This document shows, piece after piece, positions 19,574 through 30,604 of a DNA stretch of 64,000 bases; the first letter of the stretch is position 1, and each line of letters opens with the position of its first letter. Source of the DNA: Daphnia carinata (lineage: Eukaryota). The stretch is from positions 682,001 to 746,000 of the forward strand of contig NC_081332.1 of the NCBI RefSeq assembly GCF_022539665.2, in the 5' to 3' direction. The position numbers and the translations under genes were made by a program. Below the pieces are notes generated by a model. The model had not been told where the DNA came from, did no database searches, and saw only the letters and a list, made by a program, of their open reading frames with translations.

Positions 19574-21909
19574 TTCAGTGTTTTTTGTTTAAATCAAGTT
19601 TCAATATTTATAGTGAATTGCACTAGGAAGAACAGGATTAAAAAATACATGCGAATGCTACAACGTCAGGCATGTGACTGATGGCGTTGTCCTTCGTCCC
19701 GCCAAACTCACAGCTACACCACGTCTGCGTATGTGGATGCGTTTCTACACACCCATGACTGTAAGCATTTCACACTGTATGTTTCTTTTGTGTGCTATTC
19801 TTTTATTATGCTTTTCTACGACTATACACTAATTTTTTTTTATTTTTGGCGCCAAAGTAAAAGATATAACTTCTTTTGTTTTAGACAACCCTGCCTAATT
19901 TTAGGGGGCGAGGGGTTAATAATAGCGAAAAATGCAGTGAAAAGGACCTACAGTTTTTTTACTTCATATTTACACAATTACTGAAATTTCATGGAAATTA
20001 AATTAGCAAATTTATTTTTAGAAGCTGAAATTTGGCAAGATGAAATAGGATGCGGACGGCAAAGAACATACCAGTAAAGAGCAGATGAACAGTTGGAATC
20101 CATTTTCAGTTGCACGTTTTTCTGAGTCCTAATCAAGTTCCACTTATTTACAGTGGTACTTACAGTTTGTTGGATCACAGTTAACAATTCTTGTTAAATA
20201 GATGAGATACTTTGTTGGAAAAGTTGCACATTATATGAACTCGTTGCTTTAAAAGTCAAACAAAGATTCAGTACTAAAAGGCACTTCTATGACTAGAGCG
20301 CTATTTTTTCACATGAATCATGATTTGGTACAATTTGCTATAGTTTACGATACTTGGATGGCTTTCGAATCACGCCCACTGGTCACCAAGTTCACGTTCG
20401 GCAGTGCACTGCGATTCCATTAAATTTGAGTAGTGATGTTTCAGTGTTGTTCGGTTTCACAACCGCTAGATGTCTACGCAAGTTTCAGGCCATAACCCTC
20501 TGAGGAGCGATTGAAATGTTGGATTATCGCGTGATTGTTGGCTTTTGTACCGTGAGTTTAAATTTTTTAACATTTCTTTTCATTTGCTGGGCAGTATAAA
20601 ACATAACTTGAAAGAATATTGAAACTCACTTTCGTAATTATTTGTGGTTTATTTCTTTTTTTATTCAATCTTAGCTTTCCATTTGTGGACAAAGACATGG
20701 CGGCAGAGCCCTCGACCAATGTTTCTTGGAATCAATTTTATTTCACATCTGAAGGCGTTAATCATTGGAATTTTCTTGCTATTTGCTTTCCAAGCTTTCG
20801 CTTGTTTTACGAAATAAATCACACTCACCTAATTTACTTTCGTTGATTTCTCGTAGGCAGTGAAGCCCGTCGGAGTTATTTGGGTTAGACGCCTTTCCAG
20901 ATGCCCGAAGCAGACAACTTTATTTATGGATTGATTCCACAATAGGAATGATGAAGATGCTAAGCCTCTAACCACCGTCGTATAATTGGGGGGAAAAAGA
21001 GAAAGCTGCCGCTGGTTGACGACAAAGATTAAGATAACAGATGTTTCTGACCTCTCAGACACAAGTTCTCCGACTGCCGTATTTTTGCTGTCTGGTGAGC
21101 TAAATTTTTTTTTTTTCACTCGAGAATGGTAATAAATAATGATTTGCTTGCCCAACTGTGAAACATCAAATGAAAGTCCTTGTTTCCCAGCCATTAGTTT
21201 AGTGGCTTGTGGTTGAAACTCGACTACTATGTACCTCTACGTAATCATCCCTTTCTAAAATTGGATACGCGAAAAAACCCACTCTGTATTGTTGCTACTT
21301 CTTTTTAGCAAAATGGAAGAAAATTTGGCGTGGTCCACTTTTAAAAAGATACAGCACAGCAGAAAGGATGTTGTTATGAGGTCATTTTGGGTGCATGTTG
21401 CTAAACTACGCATAAGTTTTTCAAATTTTAGTTCCTACTTGTTAAATCCATACGTTTTACAATTTGCCTTTGGTTATCGTCAAGATTTATTTTTTTACAT
21501 CACTAGAATTGGATTGCAATCGTAAAACAATAAAACTATAAGATCACCGTGAGCTACCCCCAGATCCATACGGAAACGAGGTTTTTTATGAATGCGATGT
21601 AATAAATTTTTATATCTAACGAACCGAATAATTCAACTTGGGCAATCAGCAACAAACTGTAACTGCAGTGTAAAGTAAAAGGTTTCAATCATGTCGCGAA
21701 AAACGCCCAATGTTGACATGGTTTTCTTCTCCAATTCAATAAACAGACGTAAATTGTTTGCATGTGTTTTAGCGTTTGCTGCACTGCAACAAAAATAGAT
21801 GTGTGTATTCTGAGCAACTATACACTAACTAGCGAACCGAACAATAAAATAAAATAGATAGAATTTTTTCAGCACGTAATTCGATCAATTAGAAAAATTC
21901 TACTGTTAT

Positions 21910-22965
21910 TTAAGGCCTGAAAGCGCCACGGTAAATACGTTCGTATCCTGTCGACTTGTAGGCAGTGGGCTTGTAGACAGGGACATCGTAGGCTGCCGGG
22001 GATTTGTATGCTGTCTGTTGGTACGAAGTTTCATAGCTGGGCTTGTATTCCGGCTTGTATTCCGGCTTGTATTCCGGCTTGTACTCTGGCTTGTAATCGG
22101 GCTTGTAATCAGCTTGGTATTCCGGCTTGTAATCAGCTTGGTATTCCGGCTTGTATTCGGGTTCGTACTCGGGCTTGTATTCTGGCTTGTAGCTGGGTTT
22201 GTATTCGGGTTTGTAATCTGGCTTGTAGTCCGCCTCGTATTCCGGCTTATACTCGGGTTGGTATTGTGGCTTGTAGTCGGGCTTGTAGTCGGGCTTGTAG
22301 TCGGGCTTGTAGTCGGGCTTGTAGTCGGGCTTGTAGTCGGGCTTGTAGTCGGGCTTGTAGTCGGGCTTGTAGTCGGGCTTGTAGTCGGGCTTGTAGTCGG
22401 GCTTGTAGTCGGGCTTGTAGTCGGGCTTGTAGTCGGGCTTGTAGTCGGGCTTGTAGTCGGGCTTGTAGTCCGGCTTGTAGTCCGGCTTGTAGTCCGGCTT
22501 GTAGTCCGGCTTGTAGTCCGGCTTGTAATCGCCCTTGTAGCCGCCATGGTTGTAATCCCAAGCATGTTCGCCATGACCCTCATAAGCGTCGGCCCACTTG
22601 ACCTATGATTTAATGACATCAAAAAATCAAATAAAGCATTTAGAAATCGTTTGAATAAAAATAATTGGATTAAATGTATACCTTTGTGCGGAAGTTGCCG
22701 TCTTTGTATTGTTCATGACGTGACACGTGATGATCGGAATTGCCACGATTAAAACCGAATTCATATTCACCTTCCGCTGGAACGTTAGCGTACTGGAAAT
22801 AGCCTTCCAACTTGTCGTAAGGACCGTACGGTTTCACTTCGTCAGCGAATGAGATGGCCAAAAGACCCAAAAGGACCAAACTCGTCTGAATACAAATTCC
22901 AATTCAAAACATGAGATATTCTAAATATTTCAAGAATGAATATTTACCACGTAATAGATGTTCAT
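21910..22965 (-). CDS. Secreted cuticle-type protein with a long (YKPD/YKPE)n tail, 3 exons
   Basis: MNIYYV|TSLVLLGLLAISFA...YFQYANVPAEGEYEFGFNRG...FRTK|VKWADAYEGHGEHAWDYNHG followed by YKPD repeats to TAA at 21910; TATA box near 23050. The true reading frame is not among the listed ORFs. Confidence 0.85.
22040..22530. repeat. Coding 12-bp minisatellite (GGGCTTGTAGTC and variants)
   Basis: A run of perfect copies at ~22268-22470, with variant copies on both sides. Confidence 0.97.
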
Positions 22966-24734
22966 GTTGAAGAGGACGTTTGAGCTGCAAACGATAGGAG
23001 GCAAAGTCGGAAAAGAGACTGTGCTGAAGTTGGAAGCAACAAAGTGCCTTTATATACCTGATGAAGAAAAGAGAAGACCGCAGCGACGTTTATAGACCAT
23101 TCAGAGGAATGTGTGTTGTTTTTTTCAAAATTTCTCTCCCGGCGAAGAGATCGTAAAAAAAAAGCAGCATTGTCGTCTTCTGATGGATGTACCCGCCTAT
23201 TTTCCTATTGGGCTGTTCTGTGCTGCACTGATATTATATCCCTGCAGCTATAGGTCTTCCACCACTAAAGGAAGCAGATGTACACACACACACACGTATG
23301 TAATCACTCGAGTTTCACTGTTATTTTCACCTGAAAAACTTCGTCCACTCTTTGCTCACTGTAGTGGGTTTTTTTTCTGAAAAAAAGGGACGTATGATAA
23401 TTTTTTTCTCTTTCTTGGTGACATTTTGTGCCTTGCATTTGGCATATTGTAGTTAATACCTGACTTAATGGTATTACATCAGAGGATATTAGAAAATGTT
23501 GCTCTTGGCCACCTAAAATGAAGAAGATATCGCGGCACTCTCTCCTACATCTGTCGTTGTCTTTCCTGGGTCATGGTGTGTTAGCTTTTCGGTCATTTAG
23601 AAAAGAACACGGACGCTTTCCCCGACATGGATCTGTAACAACGAGGCACCATAAAAGTTGAAAGATAGATATATATTCAAGATGGCTTATTATATTGTTC
23701 TAGTTACCCAAAGTGACGAATTGTTAACGCTCCTGCTATATTTTTTGGCAACTTTCTCCGTCCATACGTCACGCTCCATTCGTTTAATTGTCAAAATGGA
23801 CCGAACGTATAGGACCCATCGACGTTCCAAATGGATTTTCACCGAACTTTACAGATGTCGAGGCTCCTCTGGGCGCTAAGGATCCGATAGACATCTAGAA
23901 CGTCGTTGTCCACTTGCTTAGTTGGCCATGTTAAAATAAATGCAGTGGAACAAAATGCTGGAAAATATACTTTCAATAGCGTCTTTCGAAATACAATTTT
24001 CTGTTTCGAGACTATTTTGGCCTTTCTCCTTCTCAGCTTCTGTTGGGGTATATTTTTACTAGAATCTAGCAATAGCTCATTAAATAATGTAATAAAATTT
24101 ATCTTTACAAACGTTTAGGCGATTATTTTCGGCAAGACTTCAACGGTCGATTGGCCAAGTAGATGTTCCACATATATAAATCCAAAACGGTCCACGACTG
24201 CAGGGCGAAACTGAAATCAACGAAGGAATCAAAACATCAAAGCTACAAAAACTAAAACCTAAACAATTTAACTATCTGTCGAAAATAAAGTATACTCAAA
24301 ATCCTAAAATGCGTGTCCAATTTGATAAACGTTTTAGTTGCAGACGAAACGTTTTTCCAAGGACGTCGGCCATTATGGAAGCCATTAGCTTTACTTTGAA
24401 CTCAGTCTTAGTTCAACGGTCATACCAAAAGGGGTGTCCTACTAAAGCTCTTAAAAGAGCCGAAATTTAATCGTAAGTTCATTAATGATAATCTTTTACC
24501 TTTTGAAGATATTATAAACCATTTGCTTGACGATAAATTGATCAAATGCTTTAGACACTACACATTACGTTGAAAGAAAAAGTCACTGTATCCACGTCCA
24601 TCGAATGCAATCTGAATCTTACCATAATTTTGCTAGTTTTTCTTTTATCCTTGAAATAAACACCTACTTATCACAACTCGCAAATATATTTAAACACATT
24701 TTTAGTCTTTTTATTTAGGTCTGTCGGAGAAGAG

Positions 24735-25750
24735 ATGCAGCAGGCACGCACTGCACGACTATCTACCCACCGTGATACACTGGCATCTCTGTCGTCAGCT
24801 TCTACTAGCCAGAATGGTAATACTACCGTATTTAATATGTAAAATTAATTTACTAATTATGTATTATAATAGGAAAGAAAAGAAAAAATTCTCAAGGACA
24901 AAATCAGCAAGTTGTTGGTAAAATTTCCAATAAAAAAATCAAATTTGAAGGAAATAGCGTTGCCGATGACTTTTCTGATGAAGAACAGGCTCCATGGGCA
25001 AATTTTCAATCATTGTAAACATAGACTCGTACTACTTGTTCGTAGCATTTTTATTACGTTATTTATTGTTCAACATTACCTTTAACAGCTCGCCACGTAA
25101 GATGAGCTGGATGTTGCAGAAAACGTTTGCTGAGAGTAGAGAAAACCGAAGAATGATCAACGAAATGCAAGAAGCCGCACGTGTAAGGGAATGTGCCGAA
25201 GACTACGATGCAGAGTTTAGTGATTGTTGGAACTATGCCCCCAAATCTAAACAACTTCCAAGATATCCACTGTTCACCATGAATGCACTGGAAGAGGTGG
25301 AAGAGGGATTGTCTTCAGAACCAAATGCTGGCTTGCGTTTAGTAAGCATTTTTTTTTTACTTTAATGATAATCTACCATTTTTAATATGGCTATTGGTTG
25401 GTAGATGAATTACGAGCTGCTACTTTTACCTCATCCTGATGCACAGCAATTCTTATTCAACATTCTCAATTTCTTGCTGCATTCGGATCTGGCTATTGAG
25501 TTCACTTACACAGGGAAAGTAACTCAAAATAGTTTTAAATCTCTTCATTTATGTGAAGTCATTAAAAGTAAGTTGTTGAATTGTGATTCTTTGATCGACT
25601 TGGGTAACTTTCGCTTGTTTTACAGAAACAGTAAGAAAAAAGTTTCCCAACACCGACGAATCATTCTTTGCAGATCGTATTGCTAATTGGTTGTCGAGAT
25701 GCAAGAAAAAATACGCGAAACGAAGTAACAAGCAAAACAAACAGTTTTAA
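24735..25750 (+). CDS. DUF4806-like (BEN-related) domain protein, multi-exon
   Basis: YPLFTMNALEEVEEGL...LLHSDLAIEFTYTG...FKSLHLCEVIK|TVRKKFP...IANWLSRC matches the DUF4806 pattern as recalled. The start codon is uncertain. Confidence 0.6.
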
Positions 25751-25967
25751 AATTTGGTTTTAAGTTTAATTTTAATACGTTTACTGTTTTAATTACGTGT
25801 CATTATATCGAGATCAAACAAAATACAAAGAATTGTCTTGTTATAAATTTGAGCAGGAAATCAAGAAAATATAACAATTCATCTAAAATTGAACCAAAAA
25901 TTTTGAATTTTTTGATTTCCTGTAAAGAATAAAACGTTCAAGGTATATTTCTAGATTCACTTAACAG

Positions 25968-27021
25968 TTATCGTTTATGAGGGTTTCTGTCACTTGTTCT
26001 TCGTTGTGCTTCACTACTTCTTTTTTGCACTTAAACATCCAACACATTATGCAACGCCGAAAAAAATTTTCTTCAACGTTAGGAAAATTCTTTAAAACGG
26101 CGTCTTTTTAAACGTGAAAACCAATTAGGGATTAAGTATTTCACTAAAATGGATGACACATACCCTTGATGACGTAATACAGCCGAAGGGAATCGAAACA
26201 GCGTAAAACTGTTGCATGGAAATCTAGATTTCCATTTATTGTGAATTGAATAGCCAATTCGTTACTAAATAACCGTTTCAGAATCATTGTCGTATATAGC
26301 TTGAAAGTTGAATGTGGCAATGACTTAAACAGGTTGCTGTTGACCTAGTTAAGAAAAGAATTAGGTTAACAAGCATAATTTTAATGTAAAAAATAAACAC
26401 TTACAAGGTCAGAGAAGTATTTGGCATCTACTGCTAGGAGTGTCTCAACTGCATATAATGCCTCCACAGTTTCCAATGGGTATGTATGATATTCAAATAC
26501 TAAATCAGTATTTTCTGCTTGCTCAATCCCGTCAGAACATATTGCTTGATTCTTTTCCGCGTCAATTGGAGAATCATTTCCAGTTTGTGTAGGCATTAGC
26601 ACAGCAACAACTGATTCTAAACAACAAGAATATGCTGATTTTAGAGAGAACGAATTATGTATGTCTAGCTATTACTTACTCAGAGTATGCTGCATTTCAT
26701 TCAGAATCTGTTTGATTTCTTTAATTTCGTTTGACACCTTCTCCATCATCTGGCTCATCAGTTCTTCCGTGCTAAAAATATTAAAGTAAAAATGTAATTA
26801 AATCTAGAACTATTTAACAGTAACTGAAACATTAACCTTTTCTGCTTATGAGTCGAAGAAGTGTTGTAAGGTGTGTCCTCTACATAATGGATGGCTTCTT
26901 CCACTGTGGGCTTCTTCACAAGTTTCTGATTTTTGGAAACCTCTACAGAGGTAGACGGCTGCGTGTTTTCAACCTCTTTTACAAGTTCAACCGTTTCTAA
27001 AGAACTATGTGATCGTTTCAT
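25968..27021 (-). CDS. Second DUF4806-like protein, diverged paralog, multi-exon
   Basis: YPLETVEALYAVETLL...RLFSNELAIQFTING...FDSLRLYYVIK|AVLKNFPNVEENFF...CWMFKCKKR is colinear with the plus-strand paralog, including intron positions. Confidence 0.6.
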
Positions 27022-27587
27022 TTTCTGAATGGTTTTTAACACAAAGCTGTGAGTAACAACAAGGAAGTTCCACCAAAAAGTTTCGGAAACTGTTGATTTT
27101 CTGGGAGGTAAAATTATCGGTACAAAAACGGCCAAAACGCTGAATCGAGTTCAATTCATTCAAGGAGAAAAATTTACCACTTTTAAATTACTCATTTGAA
27201 TGAGAGAGGTGAACCGGTAACAAGAATAACTACAAAAAGCACCGCCAGAGGGCTGCGAAAGTTAGATGTTCGAAGGCGATCAGATACCGCCCTAGTTCTA
27301 ACCATAAACGCGTTAAATAATTGTCGCTTAACAATTCGGTTCCGATATGAATCGGTTAACAAGGTTGTGACATGCCGGTATGACAATCCGTTTTACATAA
27401 AAAAAAAAAAAAATGGCGGAAAAAAAAAAAAAAATCGCACTTTTTTCTCTTTTTTCTACCCGTAGCCATCTATCAGTCGGTTTCGTTATTACAGGCATGT
27501 AAGCAATTTCAGTTAATTGTATCCCATTAGCAGTTAATTGAGTAGCGTGGCTGGAGAACAACGCGTGGCTGGAGGAACAATTGAAAA

Positions 27588-28330
27588 ATGGATAAGATAA
27601 TAAAACAAAAAAATGGTAAGTATAAACATTATTATATTGGTTTTCAATTATTAATTATTGTTTATTAGATCAAATTATGAAGCTGCAGGCCCAATTATTG
27701 GAACAACACAAAATATTAGATAACAGCAAAGCTAAGGATGGTAAGGCCTAATACGTAATGATTCTATTTATTTGCTTTTATTCATTTGTGTTTTGTAGCT
27801 CAAATTTTGAGTCTACAAGCTCAGCTAGGGGAAAAGAACAAATTGGAACGGAACAGTTTCCAAACAGTGAATGAGGTTTTTCCAAACTCATCCCTAACTG
27901 AACATGAGGATGAGTTGGCATTAGGCGAACACAGTCAGGTACCTAAACTTTTCAAATAAGAATGCAAAATAAGTACAGAATTTTAACAAACAATTATTTA
28001 TTGTTTAGTTATTCAGTCTACCACCTGACAGTGTGTTAAAGTTAAATTCTGTTAGTGCTGCACTAAAAGAATTGTTAGTAATAAGTCCATGCAGCGAAGG
28101 AAGTGAACAATTGTGGGACCGTATTTGGGCTGAAAATGGGTGTGGTACGGAAACCCAGAAATAGCACAAGTTCAACATAAAACATGAATTAGGTACTTTT
28201 CGGTTTTTTGTCTATTGAAAAAGTATTTTTAATGCTATTATTTTGCATTCACAGAATTTTAGTGGGGGATCAAGTCAAGTCTGGAAGTGTTACAGGATGG
28301 AAGAGTGAGCCTACAGTTGAAAAACACTGA
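27588..28330 (+). pseudogene. Spliced coiled-coil gene remnant inside the element arm (copies also at ~39212 plus, ~32088 minus, ~47737 minus)
   Basis: MDKIIKQKN|DQIMKLQAQLLEQHKILDNSKAKD|AQILSLQAQLGEKNKLER...|LFSLPPDSVLKLNSV...LWDRIW with GT-AG introns; this copy has an in-frame TAG near 28162. Confidence 0.55.
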
Positions 28331-29084
28331 AAGTGCATTACCATTAAGGTATGAGGTAAAGTAATAGAGTATGCAAATTGTCTAATGAGAAGTACCATCT
28401 TGTGTGAATGAATCCTGTGTAACAGCAATCCTCTATAGTTCTGTCACAGCTAGAAGCCTCAAATAATTCTGCTTCCCTTGCTAAAGAACAACTTGTCCTT
28501 TACACTCAGAGTGTTGGTGAAGCTGGGTACTTAAATGGCCCTAAAGATGTTTCACTTCACTGGCATTGCAGCGATGAACATCATACATGGACTCTTCAGG
28601 TATGAAAGGAATTTTCTTGAAAAATTTTTGAATTTATGATGCTTTTCTCCTCCTTTTTGCCAACCATGTCTAATCAAAAAAAAAAAAAAAAATTATCCAA
28701 TAAGAAAGGATTTTCAGCATACTGGGAACACAACTATCAACAATGCAACTTTCTAGGGGTGCTATTTTATCATTCAAGAGCCTTATACAATGATTTTCAT
28801 CTGCAATTTGTATGGCCTTTCCCAAGCTTCTGCCAGAAGTTGAATCTATAAGTCATGTAAGTCACATGAGCAACAATTGAGATGCTTAATGGTGTTGTTT
28901 TTCTTTTCTCAGCATAGGTTAAAAGTAACATTGGATCTGAAAAGATTCTTGGTTGGGGCAAGACACTGAATAAATTGTAATGATTGAATGGATGACATGA
29001 CATTTCTATACTTAATTTGGATTCCCGAGACGGTATTTTATATTTAAAAAATTGAAGTGCATATCTGGGCTCCCTTCCTTTCCG

Positions 29085-29410
29085 TAGCCCCGTTTCCCCT
29101 TGACTCGTAATAAGCCCGTAGGGGGTCATGCCCCTACTGTACGGTATATATAAAAACAAAATATACCGAGGTTTGGAGGGCTCTGGCCGGAAAGGGGACG
29201 TGGGGGTCCGCTTAGTCCGATGATGTGTTCACGGAGGGCGACGTGGCTACCCACAAATCCGAACTAAAGGTTAATCGCTCCTGTAAAAATGTTCCAAATC
29301 TTCAGCTCTTTTTCCGGCTTCTCTTAGCCAATCACCGGGTAATCTCCCCGGTGGGTCAACAAGGCAGTGTCCCCCCCTGCCTGGGTTGACGGCAACTTTT
29401 GAAAGGGCTA
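29085..29410 (-). ncRNA. Candidate structured RNA, module A (copy in left arm of element 1)
   Basis: Reverse complement of 30279-30604; a GC-rich island with many hairpins. Confidence 0.4.
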
Positions 29411-29625
29411 TTGTGCCTTTTTAAAGTTGCAAAAATAATTGTAATGTGCAGAGAATTGTCAATAAAATTTTTATTATAAAATATTTTTTGCAAAATTTGT
29501 TTATTTCATTGTCTAGTATTCAAGTATTCAATTATTATTAATTACACTCTTTGAATTGTTCAACTTAGATTCAAGGAACAACGTGTAATATCTGGATATT
29601 TTTTGAAGTAATTTGTATTTTGTTT

Positions 29626-29695
29626 TACTCGTATGGGAACCGATCCCCAGACATTCAGCGTGTAACGCCGATGCTCTAACATTGAGCCACGAGAT
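29626..29695 (-). other. Degenerate tRNA-like cloverleaf with a Val(TAC)-like anticodon arm
   Basis: CTCGTGGCTCAATGTTAGAGCA-TCGGCGTTACACGCTGA-ATGTCTGGGGATCGGTTCCCATACGAG. Confidence 0.6.
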
Positions 29696-29792
29696 ATATC
29701 TAAATAGTTTATTATCGCATATCATATGTTATCGTCTAGGATGTTTATGCAGTCTTTCACAACTATATGTTTATCTTTCTATTGCTTGCATA

Positions 29793-29863
29793 AGATTCAT
29801 AGTTCTGTGGTAGAGCCTTTAACTGTCATACCTGTTAGCCTGGGTTCAAACCTCAGTAGATGT
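29793..29863 (+). other. Degenerate tRNA-like element
   Basis: A-box-like TAGTTCTGTGGTAGAGC and a perfect T arm CTGGG-TTCAAAC-CTCAG. Confidence 0.5.
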
Positions 29864-29980
29864 GTAAAAATAAGGTAGAATAAATGTAGAAGAGTATATT
29901 GCAGAATTGCATTTCAGTTTTATTCTAAGTGTAAATGCAAGTCCACAAGTGACTAGAAAAAAGCCAACTTGTCATCATAT

Positions 29981-30049
29981 GATTCATGGCTCACTAGTAG
30001 AGTATCGGCGCGGTATGCCGAACATCCAGGGTTCGTTCCCTGGAGAATA
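29981..30049 (+). other. Degenerate tRNA-like cloverleaf
   Basis: TGGCTCACTAGTAGAGT, anticodon-type hairpin TCGGC-GCGGTAT-GCCGA, T arm CCAGGG-TTCGTT-CCCTGG. Confidence 0.6.
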
Positions 30050-30278
30050 ATAGAATGCTTACAGATAAACGATAAACCAATGGAAACAATGCTTACCATC
30101 AAAGGTGACTAAAACAAATAAAGCAAAGCAAAAAAAAAAAGTTGATAAATGTAATGTGTGAACACTGTTAACACAGACAATGAAATAAACAAATTTTGCA
30201 AAAAATATTTTATAATAAAAATTTTATTGACAATTCTCTGCACATTACAATTATTTTTGCAACTTTAAAAAGGCACAA

Positions 30279-30604
30279 TAGCCCTTTCAAAAGTTGCCGT
30301 CAACCCAGGCAGGGGGAGACACTGCCTTGTTGACCCACCGGGGAGATTACCCGGTGATTGGCTAAGAGAAGCCGGAAGAAGAGCCGAAGATATGGAACAT
30401 TTTTACAGGAGCGATTAACCTTTAGTTCGGATTTGTGGGTAGCCACAGAGCTCTCCGTGAACACATCATCGGACTAAGCGGACATCCACGTCCCCTTTCC
30501 GGCCAGAGCCCTCCAAACCTCGGTATATGTTGTTTTTATATATACCGTACAGTAGGGGCATGACCCCCTACGGGCTTATTACGAGTCAAGGGGAAACGGG
30601 GCTA
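30279..30604 (+). ncRNA. Candidate structured RNA, module A (~326 nt)
   Basis: Stems GTCAAC/GTTGAC with AGGCAG/CTGCCT, CACCGGG/CCCGGTG, GCCGGAA/TTCCGGC, TTAGTTCG/CGGACTAA, CGGTATAT/ATATACCG, GTAGGGG/CCCCTAC, closed by TAGCCC/GGGCTA. Confidence 0.45.

Noticed and set aside
21906..22622. Overlapping ORFs in several frames (TTSP, ACSR, VVGL, LQAR repeats)
   Set aside because: Artefacts of a 12-bp repeat that lacks stops in most frames; the spliced YKPD frame is the real one.
24446..24461. Histone 3' stem-loop-like GGCTCTTTTAAGAGCT on the minus strand
   Set aside because: The last base and flanks deviate from consensus and no histone ORF lies upstream.
30299..30334. Resemblance of GTCAAC...GTTGAC to the 5' stem of IscB/HEARO omega-RNA
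   Set aside because: It is only a short match and no IscB, TnpB or Fanzor ORF is visible in the window.
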